Source: Bacteroidota bacterium
GTDB taxonomy: Bacteria > Bacteroidota > Ignavibacteria > Ignavibacteriales > Ignavibacteriaceae
Length of the DNA stretch: 64,000 bases
Reading direction: 5' to 3'
NCBI GenBank assembly: GCA_021777835.1
Contig: JAJYDC010000012.1
Location: 3,295 to 67,294 of the forward strand
Both the position numbers and the translations under genes were made by a program. The notes beneath the pieces are model-generated. The model was not told where the DNA came from. It worked only from the letters and a program-made list of their open reading frames with translations, and ran no database searches. Below are positions 8,663 to 15,888 of this stretch, in pieces (position 1 is the stretch's first letter; each line of letters opens with the position of its first letter).

Positions 8663-8887
8663 ATGTTAACGTTTTTATTAGTACTTGTTTTAGTATTTGC
8701 CGCAGTTGATCTACTAGTATTACTAGTTATAGAGCCGCTGGCAAAAAAGGAGAAAATAAGAAAAGCTCGTCAGTCAGCATATCAAGAAAGAACTATTCCG
8801 ACGATGGGATTTGTAGGGGCAACAATGTACGACGGTGGAATTAAAAAGGAAAAAGAAAAAGATTCTAGCGAAAAGAAGTCTTCTTAA
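8663..8887 (+). CDS. 74-aa single-pass membrane protein with a C-terminal GATMYDGG motif
   Basis: The start is reassigned to the ATG at 8663, preceded by AAGGAGG (8652-8658). It has an N-terminal TM helix (LTFLLVLVLVFAAVDLLVLLVI), then a K/R-rich segment, then MGFVGATMYDGG. Confidence 0.6.
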   Translation: MLTFLLVLVLVFAAVDLLVLLVIEPLAKKEKIRKARQSAYQERTIPTMGFVGATMYDGGIKKEKEKDSSEKKSS

Positions 8888-8919
8888 TTATTCAAAAAAA
8901 TTAACAATAGGGAGATAAT

Positions 8920-9588
8920 ATGGTCGGAATGTTCATTGTAGTGACGTTTATAATTTTTTTGATAATAGACGTAGTAGTATTGAAAATGCAAAACAAACCC
9001 CATCCAGCTTTTGGGACAATTACAGCAGCAAATTTACTTGTATTCAACGATTACAATTTTGATATTCCTGATAATCTGATGTTTTCAAGGTCTCACACAT
9101 GGCTGCAGAGCAATGATAAAGGGCTTATTAAAATAGGAGTAGATGATTTTGTAGGTAAAGCAATAGGGGCTTATTCCTTTTCAAGTTTCGCAGGAGTTGA
9201 CAGGGATATTAAAAGAGGAGACACAATCTTTGAAATATCATCCGGCAACAGATCAATAAAAATTCCATCACCCATTGACTGTACATTAAAGTCAGTAAAC
9301 GAAGGGGTTTTTGCTAAAACAAACTTAAGTCCTTATCAGGATTGGGGTGTGCAAGTAAAGCCTAAGAATAATGAAGACAACCTTCGTCAATTAATTTATT
9401 CAAAAGACGCTGCCGCATGGATGAAGGGTGAAGTAAAGAGGCTAAAAGGTTTTATGAAAGGCACGTTTCAGCAAGCTGATATAGCCGGTTTAACGATGTA
9501 CGATGGAGGTACTGCAGTTAAAAGCGTTATTACAATTTTGACAGATAAAGAATTTCAGAATTTTCAAAAAGAATTTCTCACATTATAG
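8920..9588 (+). CDS. Membrane-anchored GcvH-fold protein lacking the lipoyl lysine, with a LTMYDGG motif
   Basis: It has an N-terminal TM helix. The segment HTWLQSNDKGLIKIGVDDFVGKAIG...GDTIFEISSGNRSIKIPSPIDCTLKSVN aligns by eye with E. coli GcvH [25 protein letters not shown]...[28 protein letters not shown]. An Asn sits at the lipoyl-Lys position. Confidence 0.6.
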   Translation: MVGMFIVVTFIIFLIIDVVVLKMQNKPHPAFGTITAANLLVFNDYNFDIPDNLMFSRSHTWLQSNDKGLIKIGVDDFVGKAIGAYSFSSFAGVDRDIKRGDTIFEISSGNRSIKIPSPIDCTLKSVNEGVFAKTNLSPYQDWGVQVKPKNNEDNLRQLIYSKDAAAWMKGEVKRLKGFMKGTFQQADIAGLTMYDGGTAVKSVITILTDKEFQNFQKEFLTL

Positions 9589-9599
9589 GTAGCAGGAAA

Positions 9600-10376
9600 A
9601 TGTCGAAAACTAAGGGACTATTGTTTGATGTAACACTTTGTATTGGCTGCGGAGCATGTTATGATGCTTGTAAGCAAAAAAATAAATTACCAAAGACTAA
9701 TCAGAATTTTCTAAGTGATCATCTTTCAGCAAACACATTTACAGTTTTAGAACAATACAATGAATATTATGCTCGTAAGCTTTGTATGCATTGTGATGAG
9801 CCATCATGCGTATCGGTTTGCCCTGTGGGAGCCTTTTCTAAAAGTAAAACAGGGGCTGTTCTTTATGATGGTGATAAGTGCATTGGGTGCAGGTATTGTA
9901 TGCAGGCATGTCCTCATAAAGTTCCAAGATATGAATGGGGAAAGACGCAGCCGAGAGTTAGAAAATGCAATATGTGTGATGATAGAATCAAAGAAGGAAA
10001 AATTCCAGCATGTGCTGAAGCATGTCCAACCGAGGCTACTTTATTCGGAGATATTGACGAATTAGTTGAAGTAGCAAAGAGGCGGATAAAAGAAAATAAG
10101 CGGAATTACTATCCTCATATTTATGGATTAGATGAGGCAGGCGGAAGTCACGTATTGATACTTTCGCCGGTTCCGTTTGAACAACTCGGCTACACACCGC
10201 ATTTGCCAAAAGAACCGATGCCTATGTTAACAATGAAAGCCATGGAAAAGATTCCTCCTGTTGTAGGAGTGGGAGGAATTTTCCTTGGCGGAATGTATTG
10301 GTTAACAAAAAGGAAGAACCAAATTGCAAAAGAGAAAAATGAAATAAAGAAGGAATTACAAGAACATGAAAACTAA
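9600..10376 (+). CDS. NrfC/HybA/DsrO-like 4x[4Fe-4S] ferredoxin subunit with a C-terminal TM anchor
   Basis: It has four Cys clusters: CIGCGACYDAC, CMHCDEPSCVSVCP, CIGCRYCMQACP and CNMCDD...CAEACP. A C-terminal helix (VVGVGGIFLGGMYWL) is followed by a K-rich tail. There is no twin-arginine signal. Confidence 0.85.
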   Translation: MSKTKGLLFDVTLCIGCGACYDACKQKNKLPKTNQNFLSDHLSANTFTVLEQYNEYYARKLCMHCDEPSCVSVCPVGAFSKSKTGAVLYDGDKCIGCRYCMQACPHKVPRYEWGKTQPRVRKCNMCDDRIKEGKIPACAEACPTEATLFGDIDELVEVAKRRIKENKRNYYPHIYGLDEAGGSHVLILSPVPFEQLGYTPHLPKEPMPMLTMKAMEKIPPVVGVGGIFLGGMYWLTKRKNQIAKEKNEIKKELQEHEN

Positions 10377-11538
10377 TTCATTGCTGAAATTTACGTTCTG
10401 GAAGATAGTAGCGGTTATAATTATAGTTGCTGGATTTATTTCAACATATTACCGATTTACAAAAGGATTAGGTGCCACAACAAATCTAAGTGATTTAGTT
10501 CCCTGGGGACTATGGATAGGCTTTGATTTTCTTGGAGTAGGATTAGCAGCAGCGGGATTTACGATAGCAGCGACGGTGCATATTTTCAATCTTCATAGGT
10601 TTGAGCCGATAGTTCGCCCGGCTATATTAACTGCATTTATCGGATATTCACTTGTTGTAGGGTTGTTAGTAGTTGATCTTGGTCGTCCTGAAAATTTTTG
10701 GCATCCTCTTGTAATGTGGAATATTCATTCAGTTATGTTCGAGATTACGTGGTGCATAATATGTTACACAACAGTGCTTATGCTTGAATTCGCGCCTGTA
10801 GTTTTAGAGAAGTTTAATCTGAAAGCACCGATTAAGCTTCTTAAGAAAATATCGATTCCTATAGTAATTGCCGGAGTTTTATTTTCTACACTTCATCAAT
10901 CATCATTCGGTTCACTCTATTTAATTGTTCCGGGAAGGCTTTACCCGCTGTGGTATTCATCATTATTGCCTGTTCACTTTTATATCTCCTGTATAGCGGC
11001 AGGAATATCAATGATAATATTTGAATCGTACATAAACGCAAGAGCGTTTAACACGGGTCTTCGATTAAATATATTATCTGAGCTTGCAGTTGTTGTCGTA
11101 ATTGTATTAGCAATTGAATTTATACTAAAGATTTCCGATTTACTTCTATCAGGCAAATTCAATTATTTAATTACCCTGAACATGGAATCATTTTTGTTCT
11201 ACCTTGAAATCATAATAGGAACATTTCTGCCGATAATATTATTAGGCAGCAAACGAAACCGGGAGAACAAGGGCATATTATTTATAGGGGCGATTTGTGT
11301 AATATGCGGATTCATTCTTAACAGGATGAATGTTTGCATGACAGGTATGGCGGCATCTTCAGGAGTAAGTTATTTTCCATCATTTGATGAAATCAGTATA
11401 ACTTTTATGCTTGTTGTGTTAGCCATGATTGCTTTTAACCTTGTAGTACAGAACTTCCAGGTATTCACATACACAGAGGAACATGTTATTCAAGAAAATG
11501 GAGTTGTTGAAACAAAGAAAATTATTACAAGTGAATAA
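10366..11538 (+). CDS. NrfD/HybB/DsrP-family integral membrane (quinone-interacting) subunit
   Basis: A 390-aa protein with about 10 hydrophobic helices. It overlaps the FeS gene by 11 nt. This is the canonical NrfC-NrfD gene pairing. Confidence 0.8.
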   Translation: MKTNSLLKFTFWKIVAVIIIVAGFISTYYRFTKGLGATTNLSDLVPWGLWIGFDFLGVGLAAAGFTIAATVHIFNLHRFEPIVRPAILTAFIGYSLVVGLLVVDLGRPENFWHPLVMWNIHSVMFEITWCIICYTTVLMLEFAPVVLEKFNLKAPIKLLKKISIPIVIAGVLFSTLHQSSFGSLYLIVPGRLYPLWYSSLLPVHFYISCIAAGISMIIFESYINARAFNTGLRLNILSELAVVVVIVLAIEFILKISDLLLSGKFNYLITLNMESFLFYLEIIIGTFLPIILLGSKRNRENKGILFIGAICVICGFILNRMNVCMTGMAASSGVSYFPSFDEISITFMLVVLAMIAFNLVVQNFQVFTYTEEHVIQENGVVETKKIITSE

Positions 11539-11539
11539 A

Positions 11540-12262
11540 ATGAACAATAAAGACGAGTATCAAGACAATCGCTTTTTTAATCTGAAATGTATATGGATGG
11601 CTTCCAGGACGGTAGAATATAAATTATGCGATAGAGAATTCAATTGTGACGACTGCCAGTTCGATCGGGAGGTAAGGAATAGCGATTTCAATAATGAAAA
11701 GACAGATATCAATCAGAGGAGTATTCTCGATTCATTAAGCGATAAGCTTCAAAATATTAAATATGATGAAAAGGTTATTTATCTTAAAAATAGTCTGATG
11801 ATAAAGCAGATATTCGGCAACACATTCTATTTAGGGCTTAATCCAATTTTGCAGCCATTCCTTGAGGGTGTAAAATTCATAAAAGAATGTGAACTAGGGA
11901 AATATATTTTAAAAGGAAATCCGGTACTTCAATTCAGAGGTGAATGGGGTGAGATAACCCTAAGCTCGCCAATTAATTTTTTAATGTACGATATAATGAA
12001 TAACCGAAGCTGTGACATGCTTAAGAATAAATGGTTTGCAATAGTGGGAATAATTCAACCAGAAGTATCAATAGGTATAATCACGAAGAAAGATTGGGAT
12101 GAAACATTATACAAGTCATTTGAATTTGTGGAGGCAATTAAAACGGCACCCCCAGCAGTTGGTGCTACGATGCAAGACGGCGGATGCCAGATAAGATATT
12201 TATACGAACTGATAGGAGTATCAAAATTTAGAGAAGTATTGAACACAATCTTAGGCATTTGA
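11540..12262 (+). CDS. Soluble Cys-rich GcvH-fold protein with a GATMQDGG motif
   Basis: The start is reassigned to the ATG at 11540, 1 nt after the nrfD-like stop. The N-terminus carries Cx12Cx5Cx2C (CIWMASRTVEYKLCDREFNCDDC). A central GcvH-like segment (FYLGLNPILQPFLEGVKFI...GNPVLQFRGEWGEITLSSPINF) has no lysine at the lipoylation position. The C-terminus has PAVGATMQDGG. Confidence 0.55.
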   Translation: MNNKDEYQDNRFFNLKCIWMASRTVEYKLCDREFNCDDCQFDREVRNSDFNNEKTDINQRSILDSLSDKLQNIKYDEKVIYLKNSLMIKQIFGNTFYLGLNPILQPFLEGVKFIKECELGKYILKGNPVLQFRGEWGEITLSSPINFLMYDIMNNRSCDMLKNKWFAIVGIIQPEVSIGIITKKDWDETLYKSFEFVEAIKTAPPAVGATMQDGGCQIRYLYELIGVSKFREVLNTILGI

Positions 12263-12292
12263 AATTATATATAATATTGTTAGTTCGCAATT

Positions 12293-12318
12293 ATCCCGTA
12301 TTTAATACGGGATTTTTT
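12293..12318 (+). terminator. Rho-independent terminator of the NrfCD-like operon
   Basis: ATCCCGTAT (12293-12301) pairs with ATACGGGAT (12305-12313) around a 3-nt loop. It runs into a T6 tract ending at 12318. Confidence 0.7.
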
Positions 12319-12328
12319 ATGGAATTAG

Positions 12329-12357
12329 TTGACACTAGCAAAAGTAATTCCTAAATT
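12329..12357 (+). promoter_or_regulatory. Candidate sigma-70-type promoter of the kinase/regulator operon
   Basis: TTGACA (12329-12334), a 17-nt spacer, then TAAATT (12352-12357). It lies 25 nt upstream of the GTG start at 12382. Confidence 0.35.
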
Positions 12358-12381
12358 TAGAGCAACTGGGAAGGGTTTTAA

Positions 12382-13968
12382 GTGAAAACCAAAATATTAA
12401 ATAGATTAAGCGTCCGCCTTATAATATCAATCTCCTTTATATTAGTCACCATTTTTTCAGTATACACCTATATAATTGTAAAGAATCTCGACAAATATTT
12501 AACCGAAGCTCGATTTGAGAGTGCATACAACATTAGCGATTTGATTAAAAAGTCAACACGTTATAGTATGTTACTAAATAGGCGAGAAGATGTGCACCAA
12601 ATAATCAAGACGTTGGGGACGGAAATTGGTGTAAAGAACATTAGAATATATAACAAACAGGGATTGATTATTTTTTCAACGGATTCCTCTGAAATCCTAA
12701 AGAAAGTAAACGTAACTGCAGAAGCCTGCATAGTTTGTCATAACAGCACAATTCCTATACAAAGTATAACTAATCAAAATAAGATCCGAATATATAAGAA
12801 TACAGAAAACAAGCGAGTGCTTGGATTAATAAATCCAATTCAAAACGAGCCTGATTGTTCAAACGGAGATTGTCATGCACACTCGCCAAAAGTAAAGATT
12901 CTCGGAGTACTAGATGTAGTAGTAACACTTGATGAACTTGACAAAATAATATCCCAGAACAGGCAGAGTACAATACTTAGTGCAGTGTTAATCACAATTG
13001 CTATCTCATTCTTCTGCGGGCTATTCATCATTTTGCTTGTCAACAAGCCGATGAAGCAATTGACAAAAGGTATAGATGAGGTAGGCAAAGGGAATTTGAA
13101 TTATAAAATAGGGTTAAAGTCAAAGAACGAATTTGGTCAGATGGCAAAGAGATTCAATGAGATGTCTGAAAAATTAAATGAGGCATACAAAGAAATTAAG
13201 AATTGGTCAGAGACTTTAAATGATAAGGTAAATGAAAAAACAGAGGAGTTAAAGAATATATATAACCAAGTAAATCAGATTGAAAAATTAGCTTCACTCG
13301 GCAAACTTTCAGCGACAGTGGCGCACGAATTAAACAATCCACTTGAAGGGATATTAACATACAGCAAGCTTATCATGAAGAAATTAAATGCGATTCAAAA
13401 GGAATCGGAATTTTCAAAGATGATAGAATATCTTGCACTTATTTCAGATGAATCTTCACGCTGCGGAAAAATAGTGAAAGACCTTCTTTTATTTTCTCAT
13501 GAAGAAAAAGATGTTTTTGCGTTAGAGAGTCTTCCGGCAATAATAGATAAAAGCATAAGGCTTATTAATCATCATCTTGAAATTCAAAAAATAACTTTAG
13601 AGAAAGATTACCTTAAAGAAGGAGTAATGATAAATTGTAATGCGCAGAAAATTCAGCAAGCTCTGATGTCATTGTTTATCAATTCAATTGAAGCTATGCC
13701 GCATGAAGGGAAAATAATAGTAAAGCTAAGTAAAGAAAAGGATCAGGCAGTTATAAGAGTGATAGATGAAGGCACGGGTATTTCGGAGAAAGACTTACCT
13801 CACATATTTGAACCATTCTATTCAACTAAAGAAGCATCAAAGGGCACCGGGCTAGGTCTTGCTGTGGCATATGGGATAATAGCCAATCACAATGGTCATA
13901 TAACAGTTGAAAGTACTTCTCTAAAGGGGACAACATTTAAAGTTAATTTACCGTTAAATGAACAATAA
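12382..13968 (+). CDS. Sensor histidine kinase with heme-c motifs in the periplasmic domain
   Basis: Two TM helices (about residues 9-33 and 196-220) flank a roughly 160-aa loop. The loop contains CIVCH (C116-H120) and CSNGDCH (C159-H165). A HAMP-like linker, an H-box (ATVAHELNNPL) and ATPase motifs (DEGTGI, GTGLGL) follow. Confidence 0.85.
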   Translation: MKTKILNRLSVRLIISISFILVTIFSVYTYIIVKNLDKYLTEARFESAYNISDLIKKSTRYSMLLNRREDVHQIIKTLGTEIGVKNIRIYNKQGLIIFSTDSSEILKKVNVTAEACIVCHNSTIPIQSITNQNKIRIYKNTENKRVLGLINPIQNEPDCSNGDCHAHSPKVKILGVLDVVVTLDELDKIISQNRQSTILSAVLITIAISFFCGLFIILLVNKPMKQLTKGIDEVGKGNLNYKIGLKSKNEFGQMAKRFNEMSEKLNEAYKEIKNWSETLNDKVNEKTEELKNIYNQVNQIEKLASLGKLSATVAHELNNPLEGILTYSKLIMKKLNAIQKESEFSKMIEYLALISDESSRCGKIVKDLLLFSHEEKDVFALESLPAIIDKSIRLINHHLEIQKITLEKDYLKEGVMINCNAQKIQQALMSLFINSIEAMPHEGKIIVKLSKEKDQAVIRVIDEGTGISEKDLPHIFEPFYSTKEASKGTGLGLAVAYGIIANHNGHITVESTSLKGTTFKVNLPLNEQ

Positions 13969-13982
13969 TTAAAGAGACAGAC

Positions 13983-15338
13983 ATGAATACTAAAGAAAAA
14001 ATTTTAATAGTCGACGACGAAAAGATAGTCAGAGAATCTCTTTTCCATTGGTTTGAAGAAGAAGGTTACGAAGTAGACACTGCGGAAGACGGGGAGAGCG
14101 CATTAAGAAAATTTGAGAAGATCAAATTTGATCTTCTTTTAGTAGATATGAAAATGCCGGGTATGAGCGGACTGGAATTATTGGCTCGCATAAAAGCAAT
14201 TGACACTGAATCAGTAGTAATTCTGATAACGGCATTTGCATCAGTGCCAACGGCTATTTCTGCGCTTAAGAACGGTGCGTATGATTATGTAACAAAGCCT
14301 GTTGACCCGGATGAGCTAGCACATCTTGTACAAAAAGCACTTGAACAGAAAGCGTTGAAGCTTGAAAACAAGCAGCTGAAGGAAAACATCGAAGAAATAA
14401 TTAAGCCGGATAATTTGATAGGTGAGAGCTATCAGATGAAAAAGATTTATGAACTAATACATACAGTAGCTCCGGGAGACACAACTGTAATGATACGTGG
14501 AGAGAGCGGAACAGGAAAGGAATTAGTAGCAAAGGCAATACATATTAATAGTAAAAGAAAATATTTTCCAATAATTCCAGTTAATTGCGGTGCTTTAGCA
14601 GAATCACTTTTAGAAAGCGAGCTATTCGGGCATGAAAAGGGTGCATTTACCGGAGCTCAATTTAAGAGAAAAGGCAAATTTGAAATGGCTGACGGGGGAA
14701 CGATATTTCTAGACGAAATAGGATCTGTTTCGTTGAAAATGCAGATTGAACTATTGCGAGTCATTGAGTCGAAACAATTCAACCGAGTAGGAGGGAACGA
14801 GCTAATTAAAAGTGACTTCCGAATTATTGTCGCTACAAATGAGCCGTTAGAAGAACTTGTAAAGGCTGGCAAATTTAGAGAAGATCTTTATTATAGGTTA
14901 AATGTGTTTTCAATAGTTATTCCGCCATTAAGAGAGAGACGGGATGACATTCCGCTGTTAGCAAATTTCTTTCTTAAGAAATTCTCGGTTGTAATGAATA
15001 AGCCTTTGAAGAAGATATCAAAGGAAGCGCTAGACTTTTTGGTTCATTATGATTGGCCGGGTAATGTAAGGGAATTGGAAAACGCGATGGAACGAGCGAT
15101 GGTAATAGGGAAGATGGATACAATAGTAGTTGATGACCTGCCGTTTCATGTTTCCTCGAATAATTTTGTAAGTGAAGACGGCTACAAGAGTTTATCGGCA
15201 ATGGAGAAGAAGTATATAAATAAAATTCTGAATGAAAATAATTGGAATATATCAAGAAGTGCTTCTATACTTGAAATAGACAGGGTGACGCTGTATAACA
15301 AAATTAATAAATACGGGTTACGTAAAGTATCTTATTGA
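13983..15338 (+). CDS. Sigma-54-dependent response regulator (NtrC family: REC, AAA+, Fis-type HTH)
   Basis: It has a receiver domain (ILIVDDE...DLLLVDMKMPGMSG), a Walker A motif (GESGTGKE), the GAFTGA signature (HEKGAFTGAQ) and a C-terminal HTH (NISRSASILEIDRVTLYNKINKYGL). Confidence 0.9.
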   Translation: MNTKEKILIVDDEKIVRESLFHWFEEEGYEVDTAEDGESALRKFEKIKFDLLLVDMKMPGMSGLELLARIKAIDTESVVILITAFASVPTAISALKNGAYDYVTKPVDPDELAHLVQKALEQKALKLENKQLKENIEEIIKPDNLIGESYQMKKIYELIHTVAPGDTTVMIRGESGTGKELVAKAIHINSKRKYFPIIPVNCGALAESLLESELFGHEKGAFTGAQFKRKGKFEMADGGTIFLDEIGSVSLKMQIELLRVIESKQFNRVGGNELIKSDFRIIVATNEPLEELVKAGKFREDLYYRLNVFSIVIPPLRERRDDIPLLANFFLKKFSVVMNKPLKKISKEALDFLVHYDWPGNVRELENAMERAMVIGKMDTIVVDDLPFHVSSNNFVSEDGYKSLSAMEKKYINKILNENNWNISRSASILEIDRVTLYNKINKYGLRKVSY

Positions 15339-15877
15339 TGGATATTTATATTGCACCATTAAAATTCTCGAATGCATTGTTACTCGGAGACATAATTTCT
15401 GAATTATCGAATAGATTTGTTTCCAAAATCAGTGTGATTGAAATGCAGTTAAATGCTGGGAAATATTTGTCGAAAGAGAGGGGGCAATATTATTCTACCG
15501 GACTAATAGCCGACGCTATGAATATTACAGGAAACTATAGCGGTAAGATTATTATACTGACAGAAATCGATTTATATGTTCCAGTACTTACATTTATTTT
15601 CGGAGAAGCGCAGCTAAACGGTAAGCATTCAATAGTATCGGCGTGCAGGCTTCATGAAGAATTTTATTCAGGTAAATCCGATGACAAGATATTATTTGAA
15701 AGATTAATGAAAGAGATATTACACGAACTTGGGCATACTTATGGACTGCGTCATTGTGTAAACTGGGATTGTGTAATGCACACCTCACCGGGAATCGAAG
15801 AAGTAGACATCAAAGGGAGTGACTACTGCAAAAGATGTGCTTCAATAGTAGACGGATACAAATCGCCTTATTTTTAA
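15338..15877 (+). CDS. Archaemetzincin-like (peptidase M54) zinc metallopeptidase
   Basis: HELGHTYGLRHCVNWDCVMH...(16 aa)...CKRC matches the archaemetzincin signature HEXXHXXGX3CX4CXMX17CXXC except that the spacer is one residue shorter. The ATG at 15338 overlaps the regulator's stop codon (TGATG). Confidence 0.75.
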   Translation: MDIYIAPLKFSNALLLGDIISELSNRFVSKISVIEMQLNAGKYLSKERGQYYSTGLIADAMNITGNYSGKIIILTEIDLYVPVLTFIFGEAQLNGKHSIVSACRLHEEFYSGKSDDKILFERLMKEILHELGHTYGLRHCVNWDCVMHTSPGIEEVDIKGSDYCKRCASIVDGYKSPYF

Positions 15878-15888
15878 TTTCTACCGGA

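Noticed and set aside
8804-8848. The VGAT part of the shared motif as an ApbE-type flavinylation site ([S/T]GA[S/T]).
   Set aside because: Only two of the three copies read GAT; the third is GLT. The preceding residues do not fit the D-x-x-[st]-G-A-T context. The tails are predicted to be cytoplasmic, whereas ApbE acts outside the cytoplasm. I keep it only as a remote possibility.
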